A stretch of DNA of 64,000 bases, from positions 439,221 through 503,220 of the forward strand of contig QZKH01000003.1 of the NCBI GenBank assembly GCA_003598025.1. Reading direction: 5' to 3'. Under the pieces are notes generated by a model that was not told the DNA's origin, ran no database searches, and saw only the letters and a program-made list of their open reading frames with translations. Below are positions 19,134 through 30,075 of the stretch, one piece after another; the first letter of the stretch is position 1; each line of letters opens with the position of its first letter. The position numbers were made by a program, and so were the translations under genes. This DNA comes from Candidatus Omnitrophota bacterium (GTDB lineage: Bacteria > Omnitrophota > Gorgyraeia > Gygaellales > Profunditerraquicolaceae).

Positions 19134-20567
19134 TTATCTAATGTTCTTCCCCATGGCTAAGGGCTCAAACCCTGTTTTATCCTTTTGAATTATTCTTATT
19201 CCGGCAAGCTGCCGGTTTTTATGGTCTAAAAAGTAGCAAAAACCGCTCTTGGGAGAATAAAACACGCCCGAGTCTCTTGCGAGGCTATAAATCATATCAA
19301 TGTGGTCTTTGCCATCAGGCTGGAGTTCAGCTAAATAAAGTTTATCCTGGTCGTGTAATAACACATGATTGTTGTCAACCCAAAAGCACTTTTTTAGATT
19401 ACGCATATCTGCCTTCAGGGGCCTGATTACAACTGTCTCATTAAATAGCGAATCGCCTGTTTCTTCCTCAAAATAAACAATTCCAATAGAGTTCTTAGTC
19501 CAGTAAACCAAAGAACCGGCATCGCGGTTTATCTCAAAACCCGATACTCCTTTATCTGATATCCTGTAAGGAGGACGGTTAGTCAAAAGATCTCCTTTAT
19601 CCCCCAGGAAAAGCATTAAATCGTCATTATAGATATAAATCCTGTAGAAACTGGAGCGGTTGAACAGTTCATCTCCTAAATTATTATCTCCAAGAAGCGT
19701 TTGTTTGTTATTTTTATTATACGAATACCTGCTGACTTTATTATTCTTATCTAATACATAAATCCATTTCTCGCCGGCGCCAAAACCCTTTATGTCTTTG
19801 AAATATTCCGGATATAAAGACATTTCTATAATATTCAGGTAATCCATCCGTTTTGCCCCTCCCAGAAACAATTCATGATCCTGCCTGTTTCCGTAAAAGA
19901 CATAGCTTGGTTTTTCCTGTATAAGCTTGGTTATATCAAAGACGGTATTGTATTTGGCCCCAATCTTGGCTAAGAAATATCTCCTGTCAAATATATTGCC
20001 TGCTGCTATGACTACCATATCCCTTGATGCCTGGGTATAAGCGTTGCTTACATTAAGGTCAAATAAAGAAGCTTCATCTACGAATAATGGCCTGGTTTCA
20101 TTATTCAGGCAATCATATATATAATAACCCCCTAATTCAGACGACTTAGCTAAAATAAAATAATTTGTACCGGGTATCGGCATTATATCTTTATAACTCT
20201 CGCCTGATAACTTGATTGCCCGCCAATTCCTGGGTATCATAATTATATTATCGAAAGCCAGGGCCTTGCCGGCCTCCACAGAAACGTGATGGCTCCATAC
20301 TTTGTAGCCCTTAAGCCTTATCCTTATATTGTAGCTTGCGGGCAGGAGTTCTGTAATAGATGTCGGTGTCCTGTAATCATACCGGCTGTTCTCAAGAAAA
20401 ATATCAGCCCCCGCCGGAGTTGTTGAGAGATAAACCAGCCCGGTATGAGACACTTCTTTTTTAAGCGGGTTTATGATATAGCCCAGGGAATAAAACACCA
20501 AAAGCGGGCAGATAATAAGATATGAAACAAGAAATATGGCGAATATTACCCTTCTTATAATAACCAT
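19134..20567 (-). CDS. PEGA-domain membrane-anchored protein with beta-rich C-terminal region
   Basis: N-terminal TM, GLVYLSTTPAGADIFL...TP...LLPASYNIRIRLKGYKVW. Confidence 0.8.
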   Translation of the reverse strand: MVIIRRVIFAIFLVSYLIICPLLVFYSLGYIINPLKKEVSHTGLVYLSTTPAGADIFLENSRYDYRTPTSITELLPASYNIRIRLKGYKVWSHHVSVEAGKALAFDNIIMIPRNWRAIKLSGESYKDIMPIPGTNYFILAKSSELGGYYIYDCLNNETRPLFVDEASLFDLNVSNAYTQASRDMVVIAAGNIFDRRYFLAKIGAKYNTVFDITKLIQEKPSYVFYGNRQDHELFLGGAKRMDYLNIIEMSLYPEYFKDIKGFGAGEKWIYVLDKNNKVSRYSYNKNNKQTLLGDNNLGDELFNRSSFYRIYIYNDDLMLFLGDKGDLLTNRPPYRISDKGVSGFEINRDAGSLVYWTKNSIGIVYFEEETGDSLFNETVVIRPLKADMRNLKKCFWVDNNHVLLHDQDKLYLAELQPDGKDHIDMIYSLARDSGVFYSPKSGFCYFLDHKNRQLAGIRIIQKDKTGFEPLAMGKNIR

Positions 20568-20697
20568 TGGTTTGATTGTTTTTGATACCGCCGAAATCAG
20601 TAATGCCGCATGCTAAAAAAGCAGAATCAAATTAAATATGGTATTTGAAAATTATATCAAATTCCTGCTGCCCATTATCAGGCGATAAGATACTGGC

Positions 20698-21798
20698 TTA
20701 TCTGTTGCACAAGACTTTTGATTTCTGGCTTATACTATTAAGCAAAGAATCGAATGATTTCTCAAATGCAGAAAGGCCATCACGCAGTAAACCCGCGCAT
20801 ATCTCTTGAATATCAATTTGCAACCCATTAAGCGAATTTATGATTTCGGCCGGAGTTTGCGTATTTTCGCTGCTTAAATCATGATTGATCGTACCATGAT
20901 CAACAAAAGCCCAGAAAGTATTCTCGGGGAGAGTGTTTACCGTATCTCTTGCTATCAACTCGGTAACATATTTAATATCGCTGTAAGAAGCATCCTTTGT
21001 GCTCGTCGATGCCCATAGAGGGCGTTGGATATTAGCACCTCTCTTTTTAAGGCTAAGGAACATTTCGCTATTAAAAACCTCAATAAATTTATTATAAATT
21101 AACTGGCAATTGGTTACTGCGGCCCTGCCTCTTAATTTATGCCCGGGGCCAAGCAAACGGTCAACAACAGTGTCCAGCCTGCTTACAAAAACGCTTGCTA
21201 CTGAACGCACATCCTTAGGATCACCGTTGTTTTTAATCAATTTCTCTATTCCATTAATATATGCATTCACGGTGTTTATGTACTGGCCTTGAGAGAAAAT
21301 CAAAGTGATATTTACATTTATCCCGCGCGAAATAAGCTCTTCTGCAGCAATAAAGCCTTCATCGGTAGCAGGGATCTTAAGCATAACATTCGGCAACCCA
21401 AGTTTTTTATGAAGCCTCTGCGCCTCTCTGATGGTCTCTTCCGCATTAAGCGCAAGCCTCGGGTTTACTTCAAGGCTTACATACCCATCTAAACCTGCGG
21501 TCTCCTTATAAACGTCCAGGAACATCTTAGCTGCGCTTCTGACATCATCAACAGTAATCTCATCATAAATATCAAAAACCGATCCCCGGGAGCAAGAGAG
21601 TTCCAATATTTGGCTGTCATAATCAGAGCTTAAGCTTATACTTTTATCAAAAATCGTAGGGTTTGAGGTTATACCTTTTAATCCTAACTCAATCATACGG
21701 ATGAGTTTACCGGATCTAATCAGGTCCCTGCTGATATTATCAAGCCATATGCTCTGCCCTTGCTGCTCAAGCATTTTTATCGTGCTTATGCCCACCAA
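20698..21798 (-). CDS. tal: Transaldolase
   Basis: GQSIWLDN, GITSNPTIF, VSLEV, MLKIPAT, NVNITLIFS, QRPLWAST. Confidence 0.95.
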   Translation of the reverse strand: MVGISTIKMLEQQGQSIWLDNISRDLIRSGKLIRMIELGLKGITSNPTIFDKSISLSSDYDSQILELSCSRGSVFDIYDEITVDDVRSAAKMFLDVYKETAGLDGYVSLEVNPRLALNAEETIREAQRLHKKLGLPNVMLKIPATDEGFIAAEELISRGINVNITLIFSQGQYINTVNAYINGIEKLIKNNGDPKDVRSVASVFVSRLDTVVDRLLGPGHKLRGRAAVTNCQLIYNKFIEVFNSEMFLSLKKRGANIQRPLWASTSTKDASYSDIKYVTELIARDTVNTLPENTFWAFVDHGTINHDLSSENTQTPAEIINSLNGLQIDIQEICAGLLRDGLSAFEKSFDSLLNSISQKSKVLCNR

Positions 21799-21887
21799 AG
21801 CCTCCTTTTATGCTTAGATTGATTATATAATAATAGCATAATTGGCAGATTTTATCCTTATTTTTTTATTACGCTATCCTTCGCCAA

Positions 21888-21922
21888 ATAAAAATCCCGT
21901 GCCTGTTCCCAGGCACGGGATT
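21888..21922 (-). terminator. Intrinsic terminator
   Basis: 13-bp stem AATCCCGTGCCTG/CAGGCACGGGATT followed by T-rich run on minus strand. Confidence 0.8.
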
Positions 21923-21945
21923 GTTTGTTGCGGATTAATTACGGT

Positions 21946-22626
21946 TTATTTCTTTGACTTTACTTTATCAAGGAGATCTTCGACATATTTGCCGACAATA
22001 TCACGGCAGCCTAACCCAAGCGCAATCGCAAGGCCTAATCCAAGCGACCCCAGGATTATACCGATTATCAGCTCGATTATCTTAGCGCCGATTCCTAACT
22101 GCTCGAGTGAAATAGCAGCAGCGAAAATCACAACTATCGCTTCAGAGATCTTGCCCAATAATTTTGCCTGGGAAAGACCAGCGTTAGAAGCAGCGGTTTG
22201 AACTAAGTTGTTTAACAAGGTAGCTACAAACATACCCGCGATCAATATAATTATCGCAATGACAATATTAGGTATGAAGAGAACTATCCTGTTAAGTAAA
22301 TCTGCGGCCATGGTCAACCCTACAGAATTGACTGCGATTATCACGGTAATCAGCATACCTATCCAATAGCAGATTACACCGATAAGCTCTGAAAGAGAAT
22401 ACTTCATTCCTCCCTTTTCCAGAATCTCGCTGAGCTTGAATTTATCAGAGACATCATCAAGCTTAATCGCTTTCAGACCTTTTACAACTAGGTTTTTGAT
22501 GAGTTTTGAGATTGCCCAACCGATTATTAGTAAAACAACTACCATAACAACGTTTGCTAAGAATTGTCCAACTTGTGTTAAGACTGTCTTAGCTGGCTCC
22601 AGTAAAACTGCTTGCCAATTACTCAT
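21946..22626 (-). CDS. Conserved TM-helix repeat protein (CmpX/MscS-associated)
   Basis: Two repeats of LLIIGWAIS/ILIAGMFVA and C-terminal AIALGLGCRD. Confidence 0.82.
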   Translation of the reverse strand: MSNWQAVLLEPAKTVLTQVGQFLANVVMVVVLLIIGWAISKLIKNLVVKGLKAIKLDDVSDKFKLSEILEKGGMKYSLSELIGVICYWIGMLITVIIAVNSVGLTMAADLLNRIVLFIPNIVIAIIILIAGMFVATLLNNLVQTAASNAGLSQAKLLGKISEAIVVIFAAAISLEQLGIGAKIIELIIGIILGSLGLGLAIALGLGCRDIVGKYVEDLLDKVKSKK

Positions 22627-22696
22627 CTATACACCTCCTTTTGTTATCCTAGTATTCTAAACTTATCACGGACATGCACTTATGTCAAGAAAAATA

Positions 22697-23485
22697 TCAA
22701 AAATCTATCGTCATTCCATCATAAGCAGATACAACGTCAATCCCAAGCTTATGTGATAAACTCTCTGCCAATTTATAAGGATTGGCTTTTAAAATTGTCA
22801 TGCCAAAATGTGTCAATATAGTTTTTTTAGGCTTCAGCTCTTTAATCAACAGCTCGGCATCTCTTAAACTCAGGTGCTGGATGTCTTTACGCGGCTCAAC
22901 AAAGACTACGCATAAGATCAGGATATCGCTTTTATAGAATTCTTTCAGACCGGCAAAATAAGCCGTATCCGACATCAGGCTAATTGTAGCCTTATTTATT
23001 TTAAATTTTAAACCATAGGTCTCAACAGGATGTTTATGGAGCATCGAGGTCTGGAATTCAAAATTACCGGCCTTGTATTTTCTTTCAGGCCCTAAAATCT
23101 CTATCCTTTCAGGAAAATCAATCAGATGCTTTAAGATAACCGAATCCTCTCTTTTAACCGCATCCTCAGGACAGAAGACAACGCCTCTTTTCTTAAATCC
23201 GCCTTCTGTCATAGCTTCTATCATGACGTTAACGTCTCCCGAATGGTCTAAATGACGGTGAGTAAGTATGATACCGTCGAGCTTTACTGGATTAAGCTTT
23301 GGCCTGCTGTTTGAGCACCGGACAATGCTTCCCGGGCCCGGGTCGATAATTAAATTTGTATCCCCTGCAGATACCCATATCCCCCCGGATGCCCTGAGTT
23401 GGTTTATCATGACAAAGCGTGCGCCTGCAGTTCCTAAAAACTTTATATAATTTGTTTTTTGTTTCTTAATCACTCCCGCAGCCAT
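22697..23485 (-). CDS. Metallo-beta-lactamase-fold hydrolase
   Basis: FLGTAG, IDPGPG, THRHLDHSGD, SDT, LTHFG. Confidence 0.9.
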   Translation of the reverse strand: MAAGVIKKQKTNYIKFLGTAGARFVMINQLRASGGIWVSAGDTNLIIDPGPGSIVRCSNSRPKLNPVKLDGIILTHRHLDHSGDVNVMIEAMTEGGFKKRGVVFCPEDAVKREDSVILKHLIDFPERIEILGPERKYKAGNFEFQTSMLHKHPVETYGLKFKINKATISLMSDTAYFAGLKEFYKSDILILCVVFVEPRKDIQHLSLRDAELLIKELKPKKTILTHFGMTILKANPYKLAESLSHKLGIDVVSAYDGMTIDF

Positions 23486-23964
23486 AACCCTTTTAACTCC
23501 TCATTTATTTTCTTAATTTGCATATAATTAAGCTCCTGCTTTGAACCCGGATCGTCTTCGGCCGGCTTCTTTGCCTTTATATTAATAAACTCACCTACCC
23601 CCATCGCTTTTGACCCTAATGAGTTTATGAAATCGCGTATTTGCCTGTCATCAGAAACAACGATCAAATTATTGCCGTATTTTAATTTTTCCGCGATCCG
23701 TTTAATATATTCATCTGCGGTAATTTGCCTGGAAAAAAATAATTTTATATGGCCATAATCTTCTGCAAGATTGTTTTTGTCTTCCATATTTGGGAAACCG
23801 TCAAAGATCAAAAAAGCCAAGTTCCTGGCGCTGCCGGTAAGGCTGTTATTTTTAATCAAATTTATCAAAACGAGCTTATTGTCCCTGCAGGTTTTTGGTG
23901 AGTTTTCCTTAAATGCCGGGTGGTTTAATACGTTGTATCCGTCTATGACGTACAGTAAGGACAT
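23470..23964 (-). CDS. NYN/YacP-like PIN-fold nuclease
   Basis: IDGYNV, IFDG, TADEYI, VVSDDRQI. Confidence 0.85.
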   Translation of the reverse strand: MSLLYVIDGYNVLNHPAFKENSPKTCRDNKLVLINLIKNNSLTGSARNLAFLIFDGFPNMEDKNNLAEDYGHIKLFFSRQITADEYIKRIAEKLKYGNNLIVVSDDRQIRDFINSLGSKAMGVGEFINIKAKKPAEDDPGSKQELNYMQIKKINEELKGLWLRE

Positions 23965-24892
23965 ATATGAGGCCTCCGATTATGGAGTAAACAACCATTA
24001 TAAAGAACGAAGTAAGCGACATTGCAAAGGCCAGGTCTTTTCCCAGGCCCACCTTGGCAAAGAAGAAAACTGTAGCAGCATCCCGCAATCCTAGCCCGCC
24101 TAATGAGATCGGCAGCATGGCAATAGCTGATATGATAGGTATAAAAATAAAATAATACAACATATTGATTTTAATCCCGAAAGACAGCCCGATAAAATAG
24201 TAGCTGACCGGTATTGTTATCTGAAGTAATACAGACATAAAAATATTATTTATTATTACGCCCTTGTGATTGCGAAAGACATATATCTCGTTATGCAGGT
24301 TCTTTATCATATCCCTGAGCCCGCCGGATTTCTTTGAATGCAAAAGTTTATTTACTTTTGAATAAATAGAATTATTAAATAACACTACTAATATTAAAAC
24401 CAGCATACCGACTATTACCAGCATGGTGGTAATAATCACAGGCTGGCCATCCATCTGGCGCCATCCGATAATTATAGAGACAATAGCAACTATAACCAGG
24501 CCTATGTAACCGCTTAACCTGTCCAGTAAAACCGTAGCAATCACCTCCCGCGGCCGTTTGGTATGCATAGACAGGTCGATACTGCGGATAAGGTCTCCTC
24601 CTATAGTAGAAGGTAAAAACATGCTGAAAAAGCTGCCTCCTGCAAAAGAAATAATCACCCTTTTAAGAGGAAGGTTTATTTTTATCGCTTTTAAGAGCAT
24701 CTCCCAACGAAACAAACATATTATATAAGTGAGGAAATAAATAAGAAAGGCGATGCTAAGTATATATTTGTCGGTTGACCTGATATTTGCTACGAGGCTT
24801 GAGGTGTCAATCTGCTTAAACAAAAGAAACAGCAGGAAAGCGCTGATCGCGATCCTTAAAAATAAGGAAAATACTTTTTTGAATACAGGCAT
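23909..24892 (-). CDS. Lysylphosphatidylglycerol synthase TM / flippase-like (UPF0104) protein
   Basis: RWEMLL, FLPSTIGGD, DRLSG, LPISLGGLGLRD. Confidence 0.88.
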   Translation of the reverse strand: MPVFKKVFSLFLRIAISAFLLFLLFKQIDTSSLVANIRSTDKYILSIAFLIYFLTYIICLFRWEMLLKAIKINLPLKRVIISFAGGSFFSMFLPSTIGGDLIRSIDLSMHTKRPREVIATVLLDRLSGYIGLVIVAIVSIIIGWRQMDGQPVIITTMLVIVGMLVLILVVLFNNSIYSKVNKLLHSKKSGGLRDMIKNLHNEIYVFRNHKGVIINNIFMSVLLQITIPVSYYFIGLSFGIKINMLYYFIFIPIISAIAMLPISLGGLGLRDAATVFFFAKVGLGKDLAFAMSLTSFFIMVVYSIIGGLIYVLTVRHRRIQRIKPPGI

Positions 24893-25789
24893 TTATCTTG
24901 TCAATTCTTTGCCAGTGATGATTTTATAGACCTGTAGATATTTCTGGCTTGTTTTCTGCACTATATCATCCGGAAGCTCGGGTGCAGGAGGGGTTTTATC
25001 CCAATCCAAAGTTTCAAGATAATCCCTGACAAACTGCTTATCGAAACTCGGCTGCTGCTTGCCCGGAGAATACTCTTCCTTCGGCCAAAAACGCGATGAA
25101 TCAGGGGTCAGGATCTCATCAATAAGTATAAGTTCCGCGCCATCAAGTCCGAATTCAAACTTTGTATCTGCGATAATCACGCCTTTTGATAAAGCGAAAT
25201 CTGCCGCTTTGTTATATATCGCGATACTCAGAGCCTTTAATCTTTCTGCCGTATTTATCCCCAACTTTTCTTCTATATATTGCATCGGCACATTAATATC
25301 ATGGCCGACATCAGCCTTTGTAGAAGGGGTAAACAGCGCCTCAGGAAGCCGCCCTGATTCAACAATACCTGCAGGAAGCTTGATGCCGCAGACTGTCTGG
25401 CTCTTTTTATATTCTTTCCATCCTGATCCGGACAGGTACCCTCTTACTATGCATTCAACCGGAAGCGAAGCAGCTTTCTTAACCAACATTGACCTGCCTT
25501 CAATTTCATCCTTGTATTTCTTTAGCTGCTGCGGATATTTATCGATATCTGCAGTTATAAAATGAGTCTTTACGATATCCTTGATCAACCCAAACCAAAA
25601 GCAGGAAAGCGAATTTAACACCTTTCCTTTATAAGGGATCCCTCCCGGCAAAACCACATCAAAGCAGGAGATCCTGTCTGTAGAAACAACCAGTAATTTA
25701 TCCCCTAGGTCATAGACATCCCTTACTTTTCCCCTGCGGAATAGTTTTAGGTCTTTAAAATCCGTGTTTAGTATTATATTTTTATCCAT
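24893..25789 (-). CDS. purC: SAICAR synthase
   Basis: GKVRDVY, TDRISCFD, VECIVRGYLSGSG, ADTKFEFG, LTPDSSRFW. Confidence 0.97.
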   Translation of the reverse strand: MDKNIILNTDFKDLKLFRRGKVRDVYDLGDKLLVVSTDRISCFDVVLPGGIPYKGKVLNSLSCFWFGLIKDIVKTHFITADIDKYPQQLKKYKDEIEGRSMLVKKAASLPVECIVRGYLSGSGWKEYKKSQTVCGIKLPAGIVESGRLPEALFTPSTKADVGHDINVPMQYIEEKLGINTAERLKALSIAIYNKAADFALSKGVIIADTKFEFGLDGAELILIDEILTPDSSRFWPKEEYSPGKQQPSFDKQFVRDYLETLDWDKTPPAPELPDDIVQKTSQKYLQVYKIITGKELTR

Positions 25790-27591
25790 TATTCAAATTC
25801 TTTTGAAGAGAGGCGCCTATCTAAAGCCTTATATTCCAGCCAGAGCTCCTCTGGCAGGTCCTTTTTAAAAGTCTTAAAGAAAGACTTGATACCATCCAAT
25901 TCATTACGCCAATCTTCCTTCTTGACTTCAAGCAGCCTGTTTAAATCTTCAGGGTTCACTTCCAAACCGGTCATATCAATATCTTCGGCATGGGGAATAT
26001 ATCCTACCGGAGTTTTAACAGCTCCCACCTTATTGTTGCAGCGGTCAAGCACCCATTCCAATACTCTGAGATTCTCCTTAAACCCGGGCCAAAGTAATTT
26101 TCCGGACTCATCTGCCCTGAACCAGTTGACATGGAATATTTTGGGGGTATTAGACATACGTTTGCCCATATCAAGCCAATGCCTGAAATAATATGCCATG
26201 TTATACCCGCAGAAAGGAAGCATTGCCATCGGGTCGCGCCTGACTTCGCCTACTTTACCAACCTGTGCAGCGGTTCTTTCGGAAGCCATAATCGCTCCGG
26301 TAAAAACACCGTGCTGCCAGCTAAAAGATTCATACACTAATGGCGCAAGATGCTGCCTGCGGCCGCCGAAAATTATCGCTGATATAGGTACGCCATGATG
26401 CTGTTCAAGCCTGAAAGAAGCTGAGGGACAGTTTACTATCGGAGTAGTGAACCTGCTGTTTGGATGCGCTCCCAAAACAGGCTTTCCGTCATTATCAAGT
26501 TGGCCGCGCTTCCACGGCCTGCCTAACCAATCTATGCCATGCTCAGGGACAGGCCCGTCTGCGCCTTCCCACCAAACCGTACCATCATCCTTTAAAAGCA
26601 CGTTTGTATAAATAGTGTCTTTCTTGATGGTTTCAACCATACTGGGGTTTGTATTAGAATTGGTCCCTGGCGCAACCCCAAAAAATCCTGTCTCCGGATT
26701 AATAGCCCAGAGCTTACCGTCTGAATCTATGCGCATCCAAGCGATATCATCTCCTACGGTCCATATCCTGTAACCTTTACGTTTAAGGCCTTCCGGAGGT
26801 ATAAGCATAGCCAGGTTTGTCTTGCCGCAAGCGCTGGGAAAAGCTGCCGCTATATATTCAATATGCCCATTGGGCTCTTCAATACCCATTATCAACATAT
26901 GCTCAGCCAGCCATCTCTCTTTCCTGGCAATGAAACTTGCTATTCTCAGAGAAAGGCATTTCTTGCCTAAAAGCACATTACCGCCGTAGCCCGAACCAAC
27001 GCTCCAGATTGTATTGTCTTCAGGAAAATGCAGAATAAGTCTTTTATTTATATCCAACTCGGCTTTTGAATGAAGGCATTTCGTAAAAACGTCGTCTTTC
27101 TCAAGCTGCCTTAACACGTCATTACCTACCCTGGTCATTATCATCATGTTCAGGACAACATAACGCGAATCCGTGAGTTCAACCCCGATCTTACTAAATG
27201 TGGAACCCACGGGGCCCATAGAAAAAGGTATAACATACATCGTCCTGCCGCACATAGACCCCTTAAATATCGCCTTTGCCTTATTGTATGCTATACGAGG
27301 AGACATCCAATTGTTATTCGGGCCGGCATCACGTTTCTTTTTGGTGCAAATAAAAGTAAGGTGCTCGGTACGGGCAACATCATCCTTTGCTGTCCGGTGT
27401 AAAAAGCAGCCGGGAAGTTCTTTCTGGTTAAGAGGAATGATCTCTCCTATCGACTCTGCCTCGTCTTCAAGCTGTTTTTTCTGCTCGGCAGAACCGTCTA
27501 TCCAGACAATGTTATCAGGCTGGCACATACGTGCCATTTTTTCAACCCATTCTTTTAGTTTTTTATTGCGCGTAGGATGGTTTTTATTCAT
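25789..27591 (-). CDS. pckG: Phosphoenolpyruvate carboxykinase (GTP)
   Basis: GSGYGGNVLLGKKC, AFPSACGKTNLAM, VGDDIAW, AHPNSRF, DPMAMLPFCGYN. Confidence 0.97.
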   Translation of the reverse strand: MNKNHPTRNKKLKEWVEKMARMCQPDNIVWIDGSAEQKKQLEDEAESIGEIIPLNQKELPGCFLHRTAKDDVARTEHLTFICTKKKRDAGPNNNWMSPRIAYNKAKAIFKGSMCGRTMYVIPFSMGPVGSTFSKIGVELTDSRYVVLNMMIMTRVGNDVLRQLEKDDVFTKCLHSKAELDINKRLILHFPEDNTIWSVGSGYGGNVLLGKKCLSLRIASFIARKERWLAEHMLIMGIEEPNGHIEYIAAAFPSACGKTNLAMLIPPEGLKRKGYRIWTVGDDIAWMRIDSDGKLWAINPETGFFGVAPGTNSNTNPSMVETIKKDTIYTNVLLKDDGTVWWEGADGPVPEHGIDWLGRPWKRGQLDNDGKPVLGAHPNSRFTTPIVNCPSASFRLEQHHGVPISAIIFGGRRQHLAPLVYESFSWQHGVFTGAIMASERTAAQVGKVGEVRRDPMAMLPFCGYNMAYYFRHWLDMGKRMSNTPKIFHVNWFRADESGKLLWPGFKENLRVLEWVLDRCNNKVGAVKTPVGYIPHAEDIDMTGLEVNPEDLNRLLEVKKEDWRNELDGIKSFFKTFKKDLPEELWLEYKALDRRLSSKEFE

Positions 27592-28520
27592 TTTCTTTCT
27601 TGGTTTAAAAGATACTTATGCGCTGAATCGCTGGCAACAGCTGCCTCTCCGCAGGCGTTGATAACCTGGTAAAGGCTCTTGCTGCAGCAGTCTCCGCAGG
27701 CAAATATCCCCGGCCTTGAGGCCTGTGTGTTTTGTTGGGTAATTATAAATCCGCTTTCGTCTAATTGCAAATAATTTTTAATAAAATCGGTATTGGGCTT
27801 TATGCCTACGAATACAAAGACTCCTGCGCATTTAATTTCACTCAATCGGCCGGTTTTTACGTTTTTTGCCATTACCGATTCGACTTTATTCTCGCCGGTT
27901 ATCTTCTCGACTACCGAATCAAGCACAAATTTTATTTTAGGGTTTGCTTTTGCTTTTTCCTCCAGTATTTTTGAAGCCCTGAAACCCTGGCGTCTGTGAA
28001 TCAAAGTAACACTGCTGGCATATTCGCATAGGAAGAGCGCATCCTCAAAAGCCCGGTCGCCTGCGCCCACTACAACTACGTCTTTATTACGAAAGAAAGG
28101 CCCATCGCATGTTCCGCAATAAGAAACGCCTCTTCCGGTAAGCTGCTTCTCACCTTCTGCGCCCAATTGTTTAGGTTGCGCTCCGGTAGCTATTATGACT
28201 GCCCTGGCCTGGTATACATTATCACTGGTTTTTAATTTATAAACTGTCTCTTGGCTGGCATGCTCAGATGCTATTTCAACAACTTCTTCAGGCACTATTT
28301 TCACTCCCAGCTCCTGCACTTGCGATTTGAATTTTTCGATCAGCTCATGTGTTGATATCCCGCCGGGAAACCCCGGGTAATTCTCAATACTAGGCGAAAG
28401 GATGATCTGTCCTCCCGGGCTCATTTTCTCTAAGATTATTGTGTTCATCCTGAATCTACCGGCATAAAGCGCTGCCGTTAATCCTGCCGGCCCAGCACCG
28501 ATAATAACCAGATCATACAT
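27588..28520 (-). CDS. trxB: Thioredoxin-disulfide reductase
   Basis: IIGAGPAGLTAA, ENYPGF, GVSYCGTCDG, GIFACGD. Confidence 0.95.
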   Translation of the reverse strand: MYDLVIIGAGPAGLTAALYAGRFRMNTIILEKMSPGGQIILSPSIENYPGFPGGISTHELIEKFKSQVQELGVKIVPEEVVEIASEHASQETVYKLKTSDNVYQARAVIIATGAQPKQLGAEGEKQLTGRGVSYCGTCDGPFFRNKDVVVVGAGDRAFEDALFLCEYASSVTLIHRRQGFRASKILEEKAKANPKIKFVLDSVVEKITGENKVESVMAKNVKTGRLSEIKCAGVFVFVGIKPNTDFIKNYLQLDESGFIITQQNTQASRPGIFACGDCCSKSLYQVINACGEAAVASDSAHKYLLNQERK

Positions 28521-29379
28521 TACACACCTCACGGTAAACTTTCTCTGCGTTATAAGAACTTCTTACTAACGGCCCTGAAATGACTGACCTGAATTTCAGG
28601 CCTTTGGCCATATTTTCATATTCCCTAAAATCATCCTCTTTTAAAAAATATTGCACGGGATAATGCGCGCAACTCGGAGCAAGATACTGGCCTAACACTA
28701 AAATGTCGCAGGAAGCATTTTTAAGATCGCGCATGCATCCACGAACTTCTTCTTTTGTCTCGCCTAACCCGAGCATAATTGACGATTTTGTCAATAAACC
28801 GTTATTTAATAGCTTGATTTTTTTAAGAACAGATAAACTTAATTCATAATCAGAATCGGGCCGCAAGGCCGGATAAAGCCTGCTGACTGTTTCAATATTA
28901 TGCGCCAGCACGCATGGCTGTGCATCAACTACAATCTTAATGTTATTTATATCGCCGGATAAATCCGGTATAAGCGCTTCAACTGCCGTATCTTGATTAA
29001 ACAAATGTATCTGGCGTATAGTCTGCGCAAAAACAGAAGCACCACCGTCAGCCAGGTCATCCCTGGTGACAGAAGTAATAACCGCATATTTCAAACCGGT
29101 TTGCATGATAAATTCTGCTATGCGCATTGGCTCAGAGTCATCTTTATGATAAATCCGGCCTGCTTCTGATTTCATTACGTTACAGAACCTGCATGCACGC
29201 GAGCACCGGTTGCCCAGGATCATAAAAGTGACCCGGGATGCTTTAAAGCACTTATTAATATTTGGGCACTTTGCCTGCTGGCAGACAGTATTCAGGGATG
29301 ATTCATTGATAAGCTTTATGGTATCAAAGACTGTGCTATCCGGAAGCTCCTGCCTGAACCCAACCGGCAATCTATTCAT
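28513..29379 (-). CDS. lipA: Lipoyl synthase
   Basis: CQQAKCPNINKC, CSRACRFC, TSVTRDDL, HNIETV, PLVRSSY. Confidence 0.95.
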   Translation of the reverse strand: MNRLPVGFRQELPDSTVFDTIKLINESSLNTVCQQAKCPNINKCFKASRVTFMILGNRCSRACRFCNVMKSEAGRIYHKDDSEPMRIAEFIMQTGLKYAVITSVTRDDLADGGASVFAQTIRQIHLFNQDTAVEALIPDLSGDINNIKIVVDAQPCVLAHNIETVSRLYPALRPDSDYELSLSVLKKIKLLNNGLLTKSSIMLGLGETKEEVRGCMRDLKNASCDILVLGQYLAPSCAHYPVQYFLKEDDFREYENMAKGLKFRSVISGPLVRSSYNAEKVYREVCNV

Positions 29380-29579
29380 GATTTTTTATTTATCTTCAGG
29401 AAATTACTAATCGAACGATCATAAGTCTTCTCTATATCCGAAGGGAAAAAGCATGCAGGGATCTGGCCGCTCGTCCTGTGGTAAAGTACACATTCGCAGC
29501 ATAAGCCTTTTCTTAAGCAAGAGGCATAGCTACAATTGCAATTTGCAAGATTTTGTTTCTGGTTGGGACATTCTTTCAT
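29376..29579 (-). CDS. Small Cys-rich DUF6485-like protein
   Basis: [21 protein letters not shown]...PACFFP...YDRS. Confidence 0.8.
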   Translation of the reverse strand: MKECPNQKQNLANCNCSYASCLRKGLCCECVLYHRTSGQIPACFFPSDIEKTYDRSISNFLKINKKS

Positions 29580-30075
29580 CTTTAAATTTCCTTTTTAAGG
29601 CTTTAACTCTGTGCCCCATCTTTATCTTATCTATCATAGATGCATAATCAACAATCAGTTTACCGAAAAGATGGTCAATCTCATGCTGAAAGACGCATGC
29701 AAGCAAACCCTCGGCCCTGATTTCGACCGGCTTGCCATTCTCGTCAAGCCCGTTAACGACGATATTGTTTGCCCTCTTTACCTTCAGGCATATGCCCGGC
29801 ACGCTCAAACAGCCTTCCTCGATTGCCTGGGAACCGCTCCTCTTGGTGATTTTAGGGTTTATCACTTTATATAAACCACTACCTATATCGACTATTATCA
29901 TGGCGTTAGAGATGCCCACCTGTGGCGCAGCCAAACCTATACCCGAAGAAGAATACATGAGCCTTGCCATTAAGCTCAATATCTGGCGGTGCTCTTCAGT
30001 GACCTGAGTGACTGCCTTTGCCTTGTTTCGTAAAACAGGGTCAGGATAAGTTCTAATTTTTAATTCTATTGCCAT
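29530..30075 (-). CDS. def: Peptide deformylase
   Basis: [22 protein letters not shown]. Confidence 0.96.
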   Translation of the reverse strand: MAIELKIRTYPDPVLRNKAKAVTQVTEEHRQILSLMARLMYSSSGIGLAAPQVGISNAMIIVDIGSGLYKVINPKITKRSGSQAIEEGCLSVPGICLKVKRANNIVVNGLDENGKPVEIRAEGLLACVFQHEIDHLFGKLIVDYASMIDKIKMGHRVKALKRKFKDERMSQPETKSCKLQL

